Of a stretch of DNA of 45,510 bases, positions 20,039 to 29,162 are shown in pieces (within the stretch, counting starts at the first letter, position 1; each line of letters begins with the position of its first letter). Where the stretch lies: the IMG/VR virus record IMGVR_UViG_2778261177_000004, positions 1 through 45,510 of that record; one strand, written 5' to 3'. Source of the stretch: a virus (lineage: Duplodnaviria > Heunggongvirae > Uroviricota > Caudoviricetes). Under the pieces are notes generated by a model that made no database searches, had not been told where the DNA came from, and worked only from the letters and a program-made list of their open reading frames with translations. A program made the translations under genes and the position numbers.

Positions 20039-21736
20039 CTACTTTTTTTCGTTGATTTGCCCGCTCAACATGTCAATCGCACCTTCTTTCGAACGTGTCA
20101 GGCGAAGGCGAGTGAAATAGTTCTCACCGTTGCGCGGATGCACATCGTTGATTGCTGTACCCCAAAGAGTGGTGCGGTTTACCAGGGCTGGATTTGTTTC
20201 GTGGACATACGGAATAGCAGGCACAGCATCACCAGCGACCAGGCCTGCTTTACCAATGCCTTCGCCACGACCATAGAAGTAGATGTCGTCCAGGCCAAAG
20301 TCGTAGCCATGTTCCTGGAATTGTTTGCAGATAGGCTTCGGCACTTCGTAGATACGAATGGAACCAAACAGGGTGCCGATGTATTGAATGTACGGCGACT
20401 GTACATAGCCCGGTGCCAACTGGAAGTGCTGCGGCGGTAAGGAACGCAGGAAGTTAGCAGCATCGCCACCAGCAAAGCCACCACGGATACCGGTAGTCAG
20501 GGTGCGGTCAGCCATGTCCTGTGACAGCGCGTTCACTACATGGCGAATTAAACCAACCCACGATTCGTAGTTCTGCGCTTCTGGCAGTGCCACATCAAAT
20601 TCACGACCGTAAACTGTGTGGAATACCAGAGTGCGCAGGCGCATCATATCGATTTCGTGGGAAATCCAGTTGCGCATTGCGGAGAATTGCAATGCTGCCA
20701 GTTCGAGTCCGTGTTCACGGCTCAGGTCAGATGCTGTCATAACCGTATGTTCGGATGCGATCACGTACTGCGACGGGCGCAGGGCGTAATTGCGCATGGA
20801 CTGGTTTATGACTGGTATCAGGCTCGGATTGCGTTCAATGTTGATTTCAACCTGAACAGCGATTTCTGTGCCTTCTGCTGGTGCTTCAGTAAAGGTGATA
20901 TCGATAACGCCGGTATCGTATTTAACTTTTGCTGTAGCAGAGAAAGAGTTGCCGTTGACGTCTTTGTCGTTGAAATACAGGTTGCCGTCACCATCATCTA
21001 CTTTGGACGGTTTGCGGTTAATCAGCAGTTTGTTGTAGCCCTGGCGCAGCGGGCAGGCCTGGCCTTCGAAGTTCTGGATATCAAACTGGAAGGTGGTTTT
21101 GCTGCCATCGCCTTTTTCGGTCAGGATGTACAGGCGTTTCATCTGCGAATACACGCCAGCAGACTGCATGTTCAGTTCATCGCCCTGCTCGAATGTACCG
21201 AATTTTGTACCAGCAACGTTGGTCAGTTCGTAAATATTGGTTTCATCACGATCACAAGGGATAAACGTACATGCGTCGCTGGTGGCTGCGCCGAGAGAAG
21301 CAGGCAGGATCAGTGCGGCATATTGTGCAACCTTCATTACACCATCGGAGGTGCGCATGTCCTTGGCTACTGATTCAAACATGGCTTTGCCAGCGCCTTC
21401 ATGCGTCTCTTTAGCGGACTCCATCATCAGGCGCTCAAGTGCTACATGGGCGTTGGCTAATACATCGCTTGCCGGATAGTGCCCATGCTGGCGTTTGTAT
21501 TCATGAATAGACATGGCCCAGCTACCAATGATCTGGCGAGCTGCTTCTGGTCCAACGCCTTCAAACATAGGCTCTTTCTGGATAGCTTTTTCCAGGTTAG
21601 CCATCATCACTTCGTTGTCGGCAATCATGTTACCGGCAGCATCAGTGGTTGGATCGACGGTCATAGCCATGACGCTTGCCGCCCGATTCATAATCTCGCG
21701 CTCGCGCTTACGAGCTGGCTCAATGTTCTTGTTCAC
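20039..21736 (-). CDS. putative major head (capsid) protein (P1 gp23-like, 565 aa)
   Basis: Size and position (upstream of decoration and sheath genes, followed by an attenuator hairpin) resemble P1 gene 23. No motif-level confirmation by eye. Confidence 0.45.
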   Translation of the reverse strand: MNKNIEPARKREREIMNRAASVMAMTVDPTTDAAGNMIADNEVMMANLEKAIQKEPMFEGVGPEAARQIIGSWAMSIHEYKRQHGHYPASDVLANAHVALERLMMESAKETHEGAGKAMFESVAKDMRTSDGVMKVAQYAALILPASLGAATSDACTFIPCDRDETNIYELTNVAGTKFGTFEQGDELNMQSAGVYSQMKRLYILTEKGDGSKTTFQFDIQNFEGQACPLRQGYNKLLINRKPSKVDDGDGNLYFNDKDVNGNSFSATAKVKYDTGVIDITFTEAPAEGTEIAVQVEINIERNPSLIPVINQSMRNYALRPSQYVIASEHTVMTASDLSREHGLELAALQFSAMRNWISHEIDMMRLRTLVFHTVYGREFDVALPEAQNYESWVGLIRHVVNALSQDMADRTLTTGIRGGFAGGDAANFLRSLPPQHFQLAPGYVQSPYIQYIGTLFGSIRIYEVPKPICKQFQEHGYDFGLDDIYFYGRGEGIGKAGLVAGDAVPAIPYVHETNPALVNRTTLWGTAINDVHPRNGENYFTRLRLTRSKEGAIDMLSGQINEKK

Positions 21737-21840
21737 GGTTAAACCCTAAATTCGGGCGCGGCGTGAAGATTCTTTTGACGAGGTGACAATACTCACTTTG
21801 TTATTTAGTCAATAGCATTAGCAAAATAATTTTCTTTAAC

Positions 21841-21891
21841 AAAACTGTGTTGCTATGATTTAATCTTAGTTTTCTAACACAATCATTAGAA
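21841..21891. promoter_or_regulatory. divergent promoter region with operator-like inverted repeat (AAAACTGTGTT ... TTCTAACACAATCATTAGAA)
   Basis: Shares the TGTGTTAG / CTAACACA motif with the palindromes at 29930-29979 and 44009-44038. Confidence 0.35.
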
Positions 21892-21894
21892 CAA

Positions 21895-22287
21895 ATGGCG
21901 TACAAGATCTTCGTTTCATACAAAAATGGTGCTAAAAGCCATTCTCTGAACACAAGCAGCAGATGCCTTGTAGAAGCTCAACTGTCATCAATCCTTACTG
22001 AAAGAGACATTCTTTCCCTGGCTGAACGAATCGTGATTCTGCATTCAGGAAAGGCTATTCTTGATGTTCCCGCGCTTACCCCGCCTTCTGACGTTTTGGC
22101 ATCTGTTAAGTGGCCTCAAATGGGCACACCTGTAAGAGTGGAAGATCCTGTAACCACCACTCTTTATATGCCGAAGTCAGTAAGGGATTGGCTTGCTGCG
22201 GTTGGTAATGGGAAGGTCAGCGCGGGGCTTCGGAAGTTAGTGGAAATGGCTGATATTCCGGAGCTGAAAAATGCATGGAGACAGTGA
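21895..22287 (+). CDS. hypothetical protein (possible regulator)
   Basis: 130-aa ORF starting right after the operator-like repeat. Confidence 0.4.
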   Translation: MAYKIFVSYKNGAKSHSLNTSSRCLVEAQLSSILTERDILSLAERIVILHSGKAILDVPALTPPSDVLASVKWPQMGTPVRVEDPVTTTLYMPKSVRDWLAAVGNGKVSAGLRKLVEMADIPELKNAWRQ

Positions 22288-22298
22288 GTAGAGGAAAC

Positions 22299-22757
22299 AT
22301 GAGTCACGCGAACCCATCGAAAACACAATATCGTTTAATGCTGGCTATCGCGTCAGCTATACCAACCAGCCTGAATCCACCCGCTGGCTATCCCGCTATT
22401 GTTGATGATTGTTTTCAGTATTACGGTGAAGACATCCTGAGTCAGTCTAAGGCACTCAAACAGTTATGCAAGGCAGGCATTCTTCACTGCATAGGCGATC
22501 CGGATGATTTTGTAGTCATGCTGGCAGATCGTGACTCTTTTCTGCTGTCCTGGAAAGCCGGGGCGCGCGAAGCGCGTTTGGGTAATGGTATTGGCTACAT
22601 CGACTATAGCGATTGTCCGCTGGCATTTGCTGGTGGATATATGCATTGGCATGAGCGAAATAGAGGCCGTCAGCGCCAGTATCGCTTGAGTGACTTTAAC
22701 GTCTGTCACGGTTTCGAAGAAGCTGACAGCCAGGACATCTGGCTTCAGGAGCCTTGA
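22299..22757 (+). CDS. hypothetical protein
   Basis: ORF with an AGAGGA RBS before the ATG at 22299; the track start at 22275 would overlap the upstream gene. Confidence 0.4.
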   Translation: MSHANPSKTQYRLMLAIASAIPTSLNPPAGYPAIVDDCFQYYGEDILSQSKALKQLCKAGILHCIGDPDDFVVMLADRDSFLLSWKAGAREARLGNGIGYIDYSDCPLAFAGGYMHWHERNRGRQRQYRLSDFNVCHGFEEADSQDIWLQEP

Positions 22758-23077
22758 TCCCCCTTCCCTTCCCAAATCTCCCTGTTTCTTTGGTTATTCA
22801 GTGCGTTTCTTTGGTTGCATTCATCGATAGTGCTGAATAACTGTTCAGTGTATGCCGGATACTTGTTTAACAGCACAGGCGTGTCCTCTGGCACTATGCA
22901 AGGGGTATAATCAATCAGATTTCCCTGCGGTTTGCTGGTGGCTTCTACGGTAATTTGCATTGGCACGCTGATTGATTTCTTTTGCCCGTTCCCGCTGCAT
23001 CCTGATAACGTCATCAGGCACACGCACATCATTAACCCCGGCATTGCGTAACGCAGTTTCAAGACGATTGATTTCAT
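22745..23077 (-). CDS. outer-membrane lipoprotein, o-spanin (Rz1)-like
   Basis: Signal peptide with lipobox LSGC; the ORF overlaps the 3' end of the upstream coiled-coil membrane protein gene in another frame, as in Rz/Rz1 pairs. Confidence 0.4.
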   Translation of the reverse strand: MKSIVLKLRYAMPGLMMCVCLMTLSGCSGNGQKKSISVPMQITVEATSKPQGNLIDYTPCIVPEDTPVLLNKYPAYTEQLFSTIDECNQRNALNNQRNREIWEGKGDQGS

Positions 23078-23369
23078 TCTGGCTTTCCTCCCGTTGTTTG
23101 ATCAGGCTGGTATTCAGTTCTGCTGTTTTGCGCTGGTACTCCTTCTCCAGTGTTTTAATTCTTTCGTTTTCAGCCATCATGGCAGATCGCGATTTTTCAC
23201 TTAACTGCAATGCGGTAGAAAGCGTGTTGTTCTCGCTTTCAAGTTGTGATTTTGAGTCTTCCAGGGAACGGATATACCTGATGTGATCGATAACTGCCGC
23301 CGTAGTACGGTAAATTCCATAAATGGCTAAAAGCGCAACTACTATCAAAATTATCTTTTTCAAAACCAT
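22911..23369 (-). CDS. i-spanin (Rz)-like protein with N-terminal transmembrane helix and coiled coil
   Basis: 152 aa with N-terminal TM helix (ILIVVALLAIYGIY) followed by a charged coiled-coil region. Confidence 0.45.
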   Translation of the reverse strand: MVLKKIILIVVALLAIYGIYRTTAAVIDHIRYIRSLEDSKSQLESENNTLSTALQLSEKSRSAMMAENERIKTLEKEYQRKTAELNTSLIKQREESQNEINRLETALRNAGVNDVRVPDDVIRMQRERAKEINQRANANYRRSHQQTAGKSD

Positions 23370-23439
23370 CCTCTTCAGATTTTTTGTTGGTGTGATATGT
23401 GTACCAATTTGTAACCATTTATGGGCTTAAATGGTGTGG

Positions 23440-24234
23440 TTATGGTTCCTTTTTAGTGTTGCTTTGGAGCGCATCGATTACACCTTGTGGCATGATCAAA
23501 CTGATTGCCGGACTCATTACTTCATCGCCCAGTAGAGAACCGGTTAACGTAATGGCTACAGCATTTTCCAGTCCCTGTTTGGCTTTTCCGGTAGAGTCCT
23601 TAACTTGCTGTGCAAGTGTTGAGAGACTACTGCTCGTGTTGTTTATTGCATTTATTTGTTCTGTTGCTGCTTCCACAGCGTCTTTTAGTGCTTTGATCTC
23701 TTCTTCTGTTAGTGCTGGTTGCTGTGTTGTTCCGGTGGAACTTCCGTTGCCTGAAGCCTCCCCGCTTGACGCCTGAACTTTTGCATTTATAGCGGTCATA
23801 GCTGAAGTGATTGGCACCAGTTCAAATGCTGCCAACGCGTCAATAAGCGATTGCGGATGCAGGGTATCTCCCATAACTGTCACGAGAGCAAATTCTGGCG
23901 CAGGAGATAACTCATTACCTTTGACGTAACATTCCCAGCCAATTTTCATCTGAAGTAATTCAGTTGGCGAAGTATACGGAGACAGCGAGTCGGCTAAATT
24001 GGTTGCTTCTGCACTGACAGTTTTCAGTTGTTCTGAAAAGACAGAAAGCTGATTGACCCATGAAACCACCGACGCCGGGTATGCTTTATCCTTCAGGATA
24101 AGAGCCTGGATATTCTCTTCCAGAGAACTGGCATTGGATGACGCTGTTTTACTTAGCGTGATAGATGCAGGCGTAGTTGTGCCTGATGCATTTAGAATTT
24201 TGAATGCGTTAACTTCAGCGATTGAATCAAGCAT
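23440..24234 (-). CDS. hypothetical protein (Ser/Thr/Ala-rich)
   Basis: 264-aa ORF translationally coupled to the PAAR gene. Confidence 0.4.
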   Translation of the reverse strand: MLDSIAEVNAFKILNASGTTTPASITLSKTASSNASSLEENIQALILKDKAYPASVVSWVNQLSVFSEQLKTVSAEATNLADSLSPYTSPTELLQMKIGWECYVKGNELSPAPEFALVTVMGDTLHPQSLIDALAAFELVPITSAMTAINAKVQASSGEASGNGSSTGTTQQPALTEEEIKALKDAVEAATEQINAINNTSSSLSTLAQQVKDSTGKAKQGLENAVAITLTGSLLGDEVMSPAISLIMPQGVIDALQSNTKKEP

Positions 24235-24518
24235 TATGACACCTGAAAAATTGCCTCACCATTGGCGATGACTGAGCCACAAGAAAGGGGATCTCCCACA
24301 CAAACAACTCCTTTCCCGCCTATTGCAAACCATGAGCGCGTCGATACGGCTGATCCGGGGTGCGCGCTATTTCCGTCTGTATGGCTGGGGAACGCTCCCC
24401 CATCTACAACCACTGGCTTTCCATTTACGGTAAACCAGGAAACTGTTTCTGCTACAGGTCGCGGAGGGAATCCTCCATGACCAGAACAAACTGTGTCACT
24501 GGTCGCTATTGCACTCAT
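24234..24518 (-). CDS. PAAR-domain spike-tip protein
   Basis: 94 aa with Gly/Cys-rich PAAR-like repeats (CSGHGG...VNGKPVVVDGG...GGKGVVCVGDPLSCGSVIANG); strong AAGGAGG RBS. Confidence 0.55.
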   Translation of the reverse strand: MSAIATSDTVCSGHGGFPPRPVAETVSWFTVNGKPVVVDGGAFPSHTDGNSAHPGSAVSTRSWFAIGGKGVVCVGDPLSCGSVIANGEAIFQVS

Positions 24519-24539
24519 CTAACACCTCCTTTTTCTTAA

Positions 24540-24760
24540 ATCTTCTCCACTTTGTGATTTTCACTCTTCAGATTTCTTACTTCTCATATTTGTCTCTGAT
24601 TTGTCTCAAAAGGGTATCATGGGTACATCATGTATCATCTAAGTCTCTTTTGTGTCTCTTTTACGTCTCTAGTTTGATGCTTTTTACGCTATCTAACTTC
24701 TGGTCTTATTTTGTTTTCTCATATAAAATTCAATTCTTTCTCAAATGTGTCTCAGAAGTG
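24540..24760 (+). promoter_or_regulatory. parC-like centromere/promoter region upstream of parM, with repeated TGTCTC and ATCATG motifs
   Basis: CT-rich region with repeated short motifs directly upstream of the ParM gene, analogous to R1 parC. Confidence 0.4.
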
Positions 24761-24767
24761 GAGCAAT

Positions 24768-25727
24768 ATGATGCGCATTTTTATCGACGATGGTTCTACC
24801 AATATCAAAATGCTGTGGGAACAAGACGGGGAAACTCGAACCCATATCTGTCCGAACAGTTTTAAACGTGGATGGTCCGCCACATTTGGCGCAGGAAAGC
24901 CGTTTAACTACATCATTGATGACGAAAAATATTCATATGACTTGATTTCGCCGGATGTGCTGCCGACGAATAATGTGGAATGGCAATACAGCCCGCTTAA
25001 TGTGCTTGCTGTTCATCATGCCCTGCTTACAAGTGGCATTGAGCCTCAAGAAGTGGAAATAGTTGTCACGTTGCCACTGGCAGAGTTTTATGACGACGAC
25101 GCACAATACAACATGAAAAATATTGAGCGGAAAAAGGCCAGCCTGATGCGACCAGTCACCCTTAACAAAGGTCAGGTTTTTACTATCAAAAAAGTGACTG
25201 TGCGCCCGGAGTCAATACCCGCAGGGATCGGTCTGTGCGACAGCCTTGTGCCAGCGCATTCTGTGCTTATTGTTGATCTTGGTGGGACTACTCTGGATGT
25301 GTCGATGGTCGCCGGGCAAATGACCGCCGTTTCTCGCGTATTTGGCGATTCTAATCTCGGCGTTTCGCTGGTAACTAAAGAGGTCAGACAGGCACTTGCA
25401 AAAGCGAATACCGAAACCTCTAATTATAATGTCGATCAATTAATCATTAATCGTGATGATGAGGATTATTTGACCGACAATATTAACGATCCGTCTGCTA
25501 TTGATGATGTTAAGAAAGCCATTTCGTCAAGCATAGAACGACTCCGTACACGCGTACTGGATGTGATCAGTGATTTCAAAGGATACACGCATGTTATGGT
25601 CATTGGTGGCGGCGCGCCGCTTGTTGCTGATGCTATCCGTGAGCAGGTAAACATTCGTGACGATAGGTTTTTCGTTGCTGATGATCCACAACTTGCTCTT
25701 GTCTATGGTCTAAAATCTATCGGTTGA
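24768..25727 (+). CDS. parM: plasmid segregation actin-like ATPase ParM (StbA)
   Basis: Alignable along its whole length with R1 ParM (recalled from memory), e.g. MMRIFIDDGSTNIK, NVLAVHHALLTSG, MPESIPAG, DLGGTTLD, GDSNLGVSLVT, GYTHVMVIGGGA. Confidence 0.85.
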   Translation: MMRIFIDDGSTNIKMLWEQDGETRTHICPNSFKRGWSATFGAGKPFNYIIDDEKYSYDLISPDVLPTNNVEWQYSPLNVLAVHHALLTSGIEPQEVEIVVTLPLAEFYDDDAQYNMKNIERKKASLMRPVTLNKGQVFTIKKVTVRPESIPAGIGLCDSLVPAHSVLIVDLGGTTLDVSMVAGQMTAVSRVFGDSNLGVSLVTKEVRQALAKANTETSNYNVDQLIINRDDEDYLTDNINDPSAIDDVKKAISSSIERLRTRVLDVISDFKGYTHVMVIGGGAPLVADAIREQVNIRDDRFFVADDPQLALVYGLKSIG

Positions 25728-25737
25728 TGAGGTTGCC

Positions 25738-26103
25738 ATGTCTCAGGAACGTCGAAAAGTATTGTTTTATCTTCGTCCTGGTCTTAACGCCAGTGAGCAA
25801 TATGCTGATGCAAAACTTGAGGGCCATCCATTAAGAGATCGCAATGATATGGCGCGCACAGCGATGCTTGCAGGTATCGCTCTTGGCGAGGTTGATAGCA
25901 GATTACCTCCCATGTTGGCATCGCTTTTATCCGGTGATAATAGCCCTGAAGTGATCAGAAAAATGCTGGTTTCATTTCTTGAAATTTCGCCTGAAGTTCG
26001 GGAAAACCCTGAAGGAAACCCCTCTGCTTCAGCGGATGTTAAAAAACCTGGCGTTTCGAAAAGCCGCTCTGCACAGAATTTGGCAAACTCACTCCCTGAT
26101 TAA
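25738..26103 (+). CDS. parR: ParR-like centromere-binding adaptor (StbB)
   Basis: 121-aa ORF immediately after parM, with an RBS and a terminator after its stop. Confidence 0.55.
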   Translation: MSQERRKVLFYLRPGLNASEQYADAKLEGHPLRDRNDMARTAMLAGIALGEVDSRLPPMLASLLSGDNSPEVIRKMLVSFLEISPEVRENPEGNPSASADVKKPGVSKSRSAQNLANSLPD

Positions 26104-26118
26104 CAAATCTACATCTTC

Positions 26119-26146
26119 AAAGGCTGCAATTTGCAGCCTTTTTTAT
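26119..26146 (+). terminator. rho-independent terminator after parR
   Basis: Hairpin ggctgcaa/ttgcagcc followed by a T6 run. Confidence 0.55.
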
Positions 26147-26149
26147 ACT

Positions 26150-26380
26150 GTTATGGTTCTAACTTGGTGTTCTTTTAGTACCAAAACGGTGTTGTTATGG
26201 TGCTGTTTTGTGTCTGGTTCCACTTTGAGGCTGATTTCGTGTTAAACAGGATGCAAGAGAGGGTAAATTTAGAGTGTTTAGTGTTATACTTTTGCAAAGC
26301 ATAGTGACTCCACTATAGAGCCAAAACCGCATCAAGAAGGCTTCTGTTTGGAACCAGTTTGATACCAAAATAACACCGAG
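26150..26380. repeat. centromere-like repeats upstream of parA (GTACCAAAACGGTGTT family), mirrored downstream of parG at about 27325-27400
   Basis: agtaccaaaacggtgtt (26186-26202), gataccaaaataacaccg (about 26352-26370), aacaccgttttggttcc (27329-27345, inverted) and agtaccagaatggtgtt (27381-27397). Confidence 0.4.
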
Positions 26381-26388
26381 GAACGGAT

Positions 26389-27030
26389 ATGATTATATTG
26401 GTAGTCAGCCAAAAAGGTGGCTGTGGAAAATCAACCACAAGCGTAAACATCTGTGCGGAGCTTGCCCGCGAAAATAAGGATGTAGTGTTACTGGATGCAG
26501 ACAAGCAAGGAACAGCTGCCCGCTGGGCAGCTGACCGTAACACGGCAGAGGTTTCTCCTGTAATTCATTGTGTCCAGAAGTTTGGTAATATTCGAGAAAC
26601 ACTTCTCGATCTGGATAAGCGTTATGAATTTGTAGTTGTTGATACAGCCGGGCGCGATAGCAAAGAGATGCGTACAGGCATAACCGCTGCAGATATTGTG
26701 TTGGTCCCATTCAGACCATCTCAACCAGATTTAGACACGCTGGCACACTTTGTTGAAGTGTTTGAAGAGGCTTTGGACCTGATGCCTAATCCTAGCATTA
26801 AGGCGTTCGCAGTCTTAACAATGGCCCCATCCAATCCGGTTGTGAATGAAACCAATGAGGCCAAAGAGTACCTAGCTGAATATCCGCAACTGAAGTTGCT
26901 GAAAACCATCATTCGTGATCGTAAGGTTTACCGCGATTGCATGGCTGAAGGGAAGGGCGTTGTTGAGATGGACAACGGGAAAGCTAAAGGTGAAATCCAG
27001 ATGTTGGTTAAGGAGTTATTAAGTGATTAA
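26389..27030 (+). CDS. parA: partition ATPase ParA (small ParF-like Walker-type)
   Basis: Deviant Walker A motif KGGCGKST; C-terminal KAKGEIQMLVKELL resembles the ParF C-terminus; 213 aa. Confidence 0.8.
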   Translation: MIILVVSQKGGCGKSTTSVNICAELARENKDVVLLDADKQGTAARWAADRNTAEVSPVIHCVQKFGNIRETLLDLDKRYEFVVVDTAGRDSKEMRTGITAADIVLVPFRPSQPDLDTLAHFVEVFEEALDLMPNPSIKAFAVLTMAPSNPVVNETNEAKEYLAEYPQLKLLKTIIRDRKVYRDCMAEGKGVVEMDNGKAKGEIQMLVKELLSD

Positions 27031-27310
27031 GCCTCGTAAATCGGTAAAAGCCCCCGAAGTAAAAGACCCCGATCTTGAACGCCGAATTGAGGATTTTGCC
27101 AGTAAGGCTGATTTGGTGCCGGGTGAGCAACCAGAAGACAACAAAGTGCTCGATAAGGACGCCCCACGTGATTTTAAATCCATTCGTGTTGGCTTCAATG
27201 AATACGAGTACCAGGTACTTGATGCGTTAAGCAAAAAGCATAATCGCAGCAAATTGAATATGATCCGCCATGCTATCCTCATGCTTGCAGAGTCTGAGGA
27301 TACAAAATGA
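27023..27310 (+). CDS. ParG-like ribbon-helix-helix centromere-binding protein
   Basis: 95 aa, GTG start with AAGGAG RBS, overlaps the parA stop; C-terminal RHH-like segment RVGFNEYEYQVLDALSKKHNRSKLNMIRHAI. Confidence 0.5.
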   Translation: MIKPRKSVKAPEVKDPDLERRIEDFASKADLVPGEQPEDNKVLDKDAPRDFKSIRVGFNEYEYQVLDALSKKHNRSKLNMIRHAILMLAESEDTK

Positions 27311-27422
27311 CGCCGGAATAACACCGTTTTGGTTCCATGTGGTATTTTGATACTACTTTGATGCCTTTTTAGTACCAGAATGGTGTTATTAGTGTACCGT
27401 AATGGCGTTTATTTGATGTTAT

Positions 27423-27442
27423 AAAAGCCCCATATGGGGCTT
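27423..27442. terminator. bidirectional terminator hairpin (aaagcccca/tggggcttt) between parG and dam
   Basis: Palindromic GC stem flanked by A/T runs on both sides. Confidence 0.5.
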
Positions 27443-27445
27443 TTC

Positions 27446-28288
27446 TTAATTGAGCGTGGCTATAATGTCGTTAGCTATCATTCGCGTTGATGCTTTACAG
27501 GATACAGAGCGACGGGATGGCATAGGATACACCTTGAAGCCATTGCCAACGTAAAGTTCGCGAATGTTAGGCGCACCACTGTTTGTTATCACAATTTTCG
27601 CTCCGCGTCTGTGGGCATCCACCAGCAGTGACACCAGCCGTTGTTGATCTTCAAACCTAAAGCTATGCCCTGAGTAATTTGTAAATCCGGTAGTGTCGGG
27701 CAATGGTTCATAGGGGGGATCGCAGAAAATCACATCATCATTCCCGGCAGCCTCAATTACACCAGCAAAATCGCCGGACACAAATTCCGAATACTTTGAA
27801 ATATCGTCAGCCAGGAACGCCTCCATTTCCGCGAGAGGGAAGTGGGGTGATTTCTGCTTTCCATATCCGACGTTGAACTCTCCTTTACGGTTATAGCGAG
27901 TGACGCCATTAAAACAATGACGATTGAGATACAGGAACGCCGCTGCATGGTGAAGGGAATCATAAGCACCATTGTTGAATGCATTGCGAACATTCAAAAA
28001 TGCATCAGCAGAGTTGTAATCCTGAAAAAAACGATATGCCAGTGTGATAAGAGAATGCCCTTCACGCTGCAATGTCTGATAGAAGTTAATCAGGTCATTA
28101 TTGATATCGTTCAGCAGGTTGCTTTTAAATCCGGCATTAGTGAAAACAGCGCCACCTCCAACGAAAGGTTCTATCAACCGTTTTCCGTGGGGCAGGTGTT
28201 CGAAGATAATGGGCAGTGCAGAAAATTTGCCGCCGACCCACTTAAAGACGGGGCGATCAAATTCGTCCTCCGAGCGAATACGTCGCAT
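27446..28288 (-). CDS. dam: DNA adenine methyltransferase (Dam, N6A-MTase)
   Basis: Motifs FKWVGGK, EPFVGGGAV and DPPY. Start set at the ATG at 28288; the track ORF extends to 28480. Confidence 0.8.
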   Translation of the reverse strand: MRRIRSEDEFDRPVFKWVGGKFSALPIIFEHLPHGKRLIEPFVGGGAVFTNAGFKSNLLNDINNDLINFYQTLQREGHSLITLAYRFFQDYNSADAFLNVRNAFNNGAYDSLHHAAAFLYLNRHCFNGVTRYNRKGEFNVGYGKQKSPHFPLAEMEAFLADDISKYSEFVSGDFAGVIEAAGNDDVIFCDPPYEPLPDTTGFTNYSGHSFRFEDQQRLVSLLVDAHRRGAKIVITNSGAPNIRELYVGNGFKVYPMPSRRSVSCKASTRMIANDIIATLN

Positions 28289-28355
28289 ATGGCTGATAGT
28301 GGCTTCCGCCGCAGGACGATGATTGTCGCTATAAGAAATAAATTTAGCACCAATA

Positions 28356-29162
28356 TCAGCCACGGATTCCCTCCTTATTTGCTTCAAATACAGCTCTTGC
28401 AAAACCGTAAGGTGTCGCGCTACGAAAATTCGCTCTTTCAGGTCCTGGCGGTGCCTTGTGTATTCGGTTGTCTGGATCACCTAACGACTCGTCGATTCGC
28501 GGAGTTGGCATGATGAATCCTTGTCCGCTCCACAGGCATGTTTTTTTGGTGTAATTGTCTTCCTTGCAATATGCAGTGAAGTGATAAGGATGGAATATGT
28601 GATCAGGTTTACGCCAGAATGTCGATATTTGGCTGACCGGGTTTTCAATCATGTACGGGCAACCAATCATCTTTGCAATGTCGTAACACTGCCAGACAAC
28701 CTGCATTGCTTTGAACTGGAAAACCGGATCTTTTTTCGCTTTATCTGCGAACCAGCGTGCGCCAGATACAGCCAGGTCAGTACATGGAGGGAAACCGGCT
28801 AAAAATACAACTCTGTGCAAATTTTTCCGAAGGAAATTGTAGACCTCATCACTGTCAATAATTGCGCTGATACGTGTGAGTACAGCACCTGACTCCATCA
28901 ATTGGCTGCCGGACTCCTGGTGTTGCGGATCGACAATGACTGCATCAATGCCGTGTTCCAGCCAGGGGGAAACCATATTCCCTGTATAATCACAAAGACT
29001 CACCGCCAGCGGTCGGTTATTAATGCTCTGCTTCACCGCCAATGGCCTCCACCAGCGAGCTAAACATCGCGGATAATTCGCTTGTGAACAGAATGAAGTC
29101 AGCATCAAATCGCTGGGCAACATCTTCACGGTCGATGTCATCGTTCTGGTCATAGAGATCAT
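28356..29162 (-). CDS. DNA (cytosine-5)-methyltransferase-like protein (short; start uncertain)
   Basis: Motif IV-like GFPPCTDLAVSG and motif VI-like ENP; motif I is degenerate. The ORF start overlaps the rdgC 3' end. Confidence 0.45.
   Translation of the reverse strand: MISMTRTMTSTVKMLPSDLMLTSFCSQANYPRCLARWWRPLAVKQSINNRPLAVSLCDYTGNMVSPWLEHGIDAVIVDPQHQESGSQLMESGAVLTRISAIIDSDEVYNFLRKNLHRVVFLAGFPPCTDLAVSGARWFADKAKKDPVFQFKAMQVVWQCYDIAKMIGCPYMIENPVSQISTFWRKPDHIFHPYHFTAYCKEDNYTKKTCLWSGQGFIMPTPRIDESLGDPDNRIHKAPPGPERANFRSATPYGFARAVFEANKEGIRG

Noticed and set aside
20618-21373. 251-aa plus-strand ORF
   Set aside because: Fully antisense to the 565-aa capsid-like gene; unusual Cys/His-rich composition typical of antisense artefacts.
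28289-28480. N-terminal extension of the Dam ORF to the track start at 28480
   Set aside because: Canonical Dam N-terminus aligns with the ATG at 28288; the extension overlaps the upstream C5-MTase-like ORF. Kept as evidence for a possible frameshift or fusion rather than as the start.
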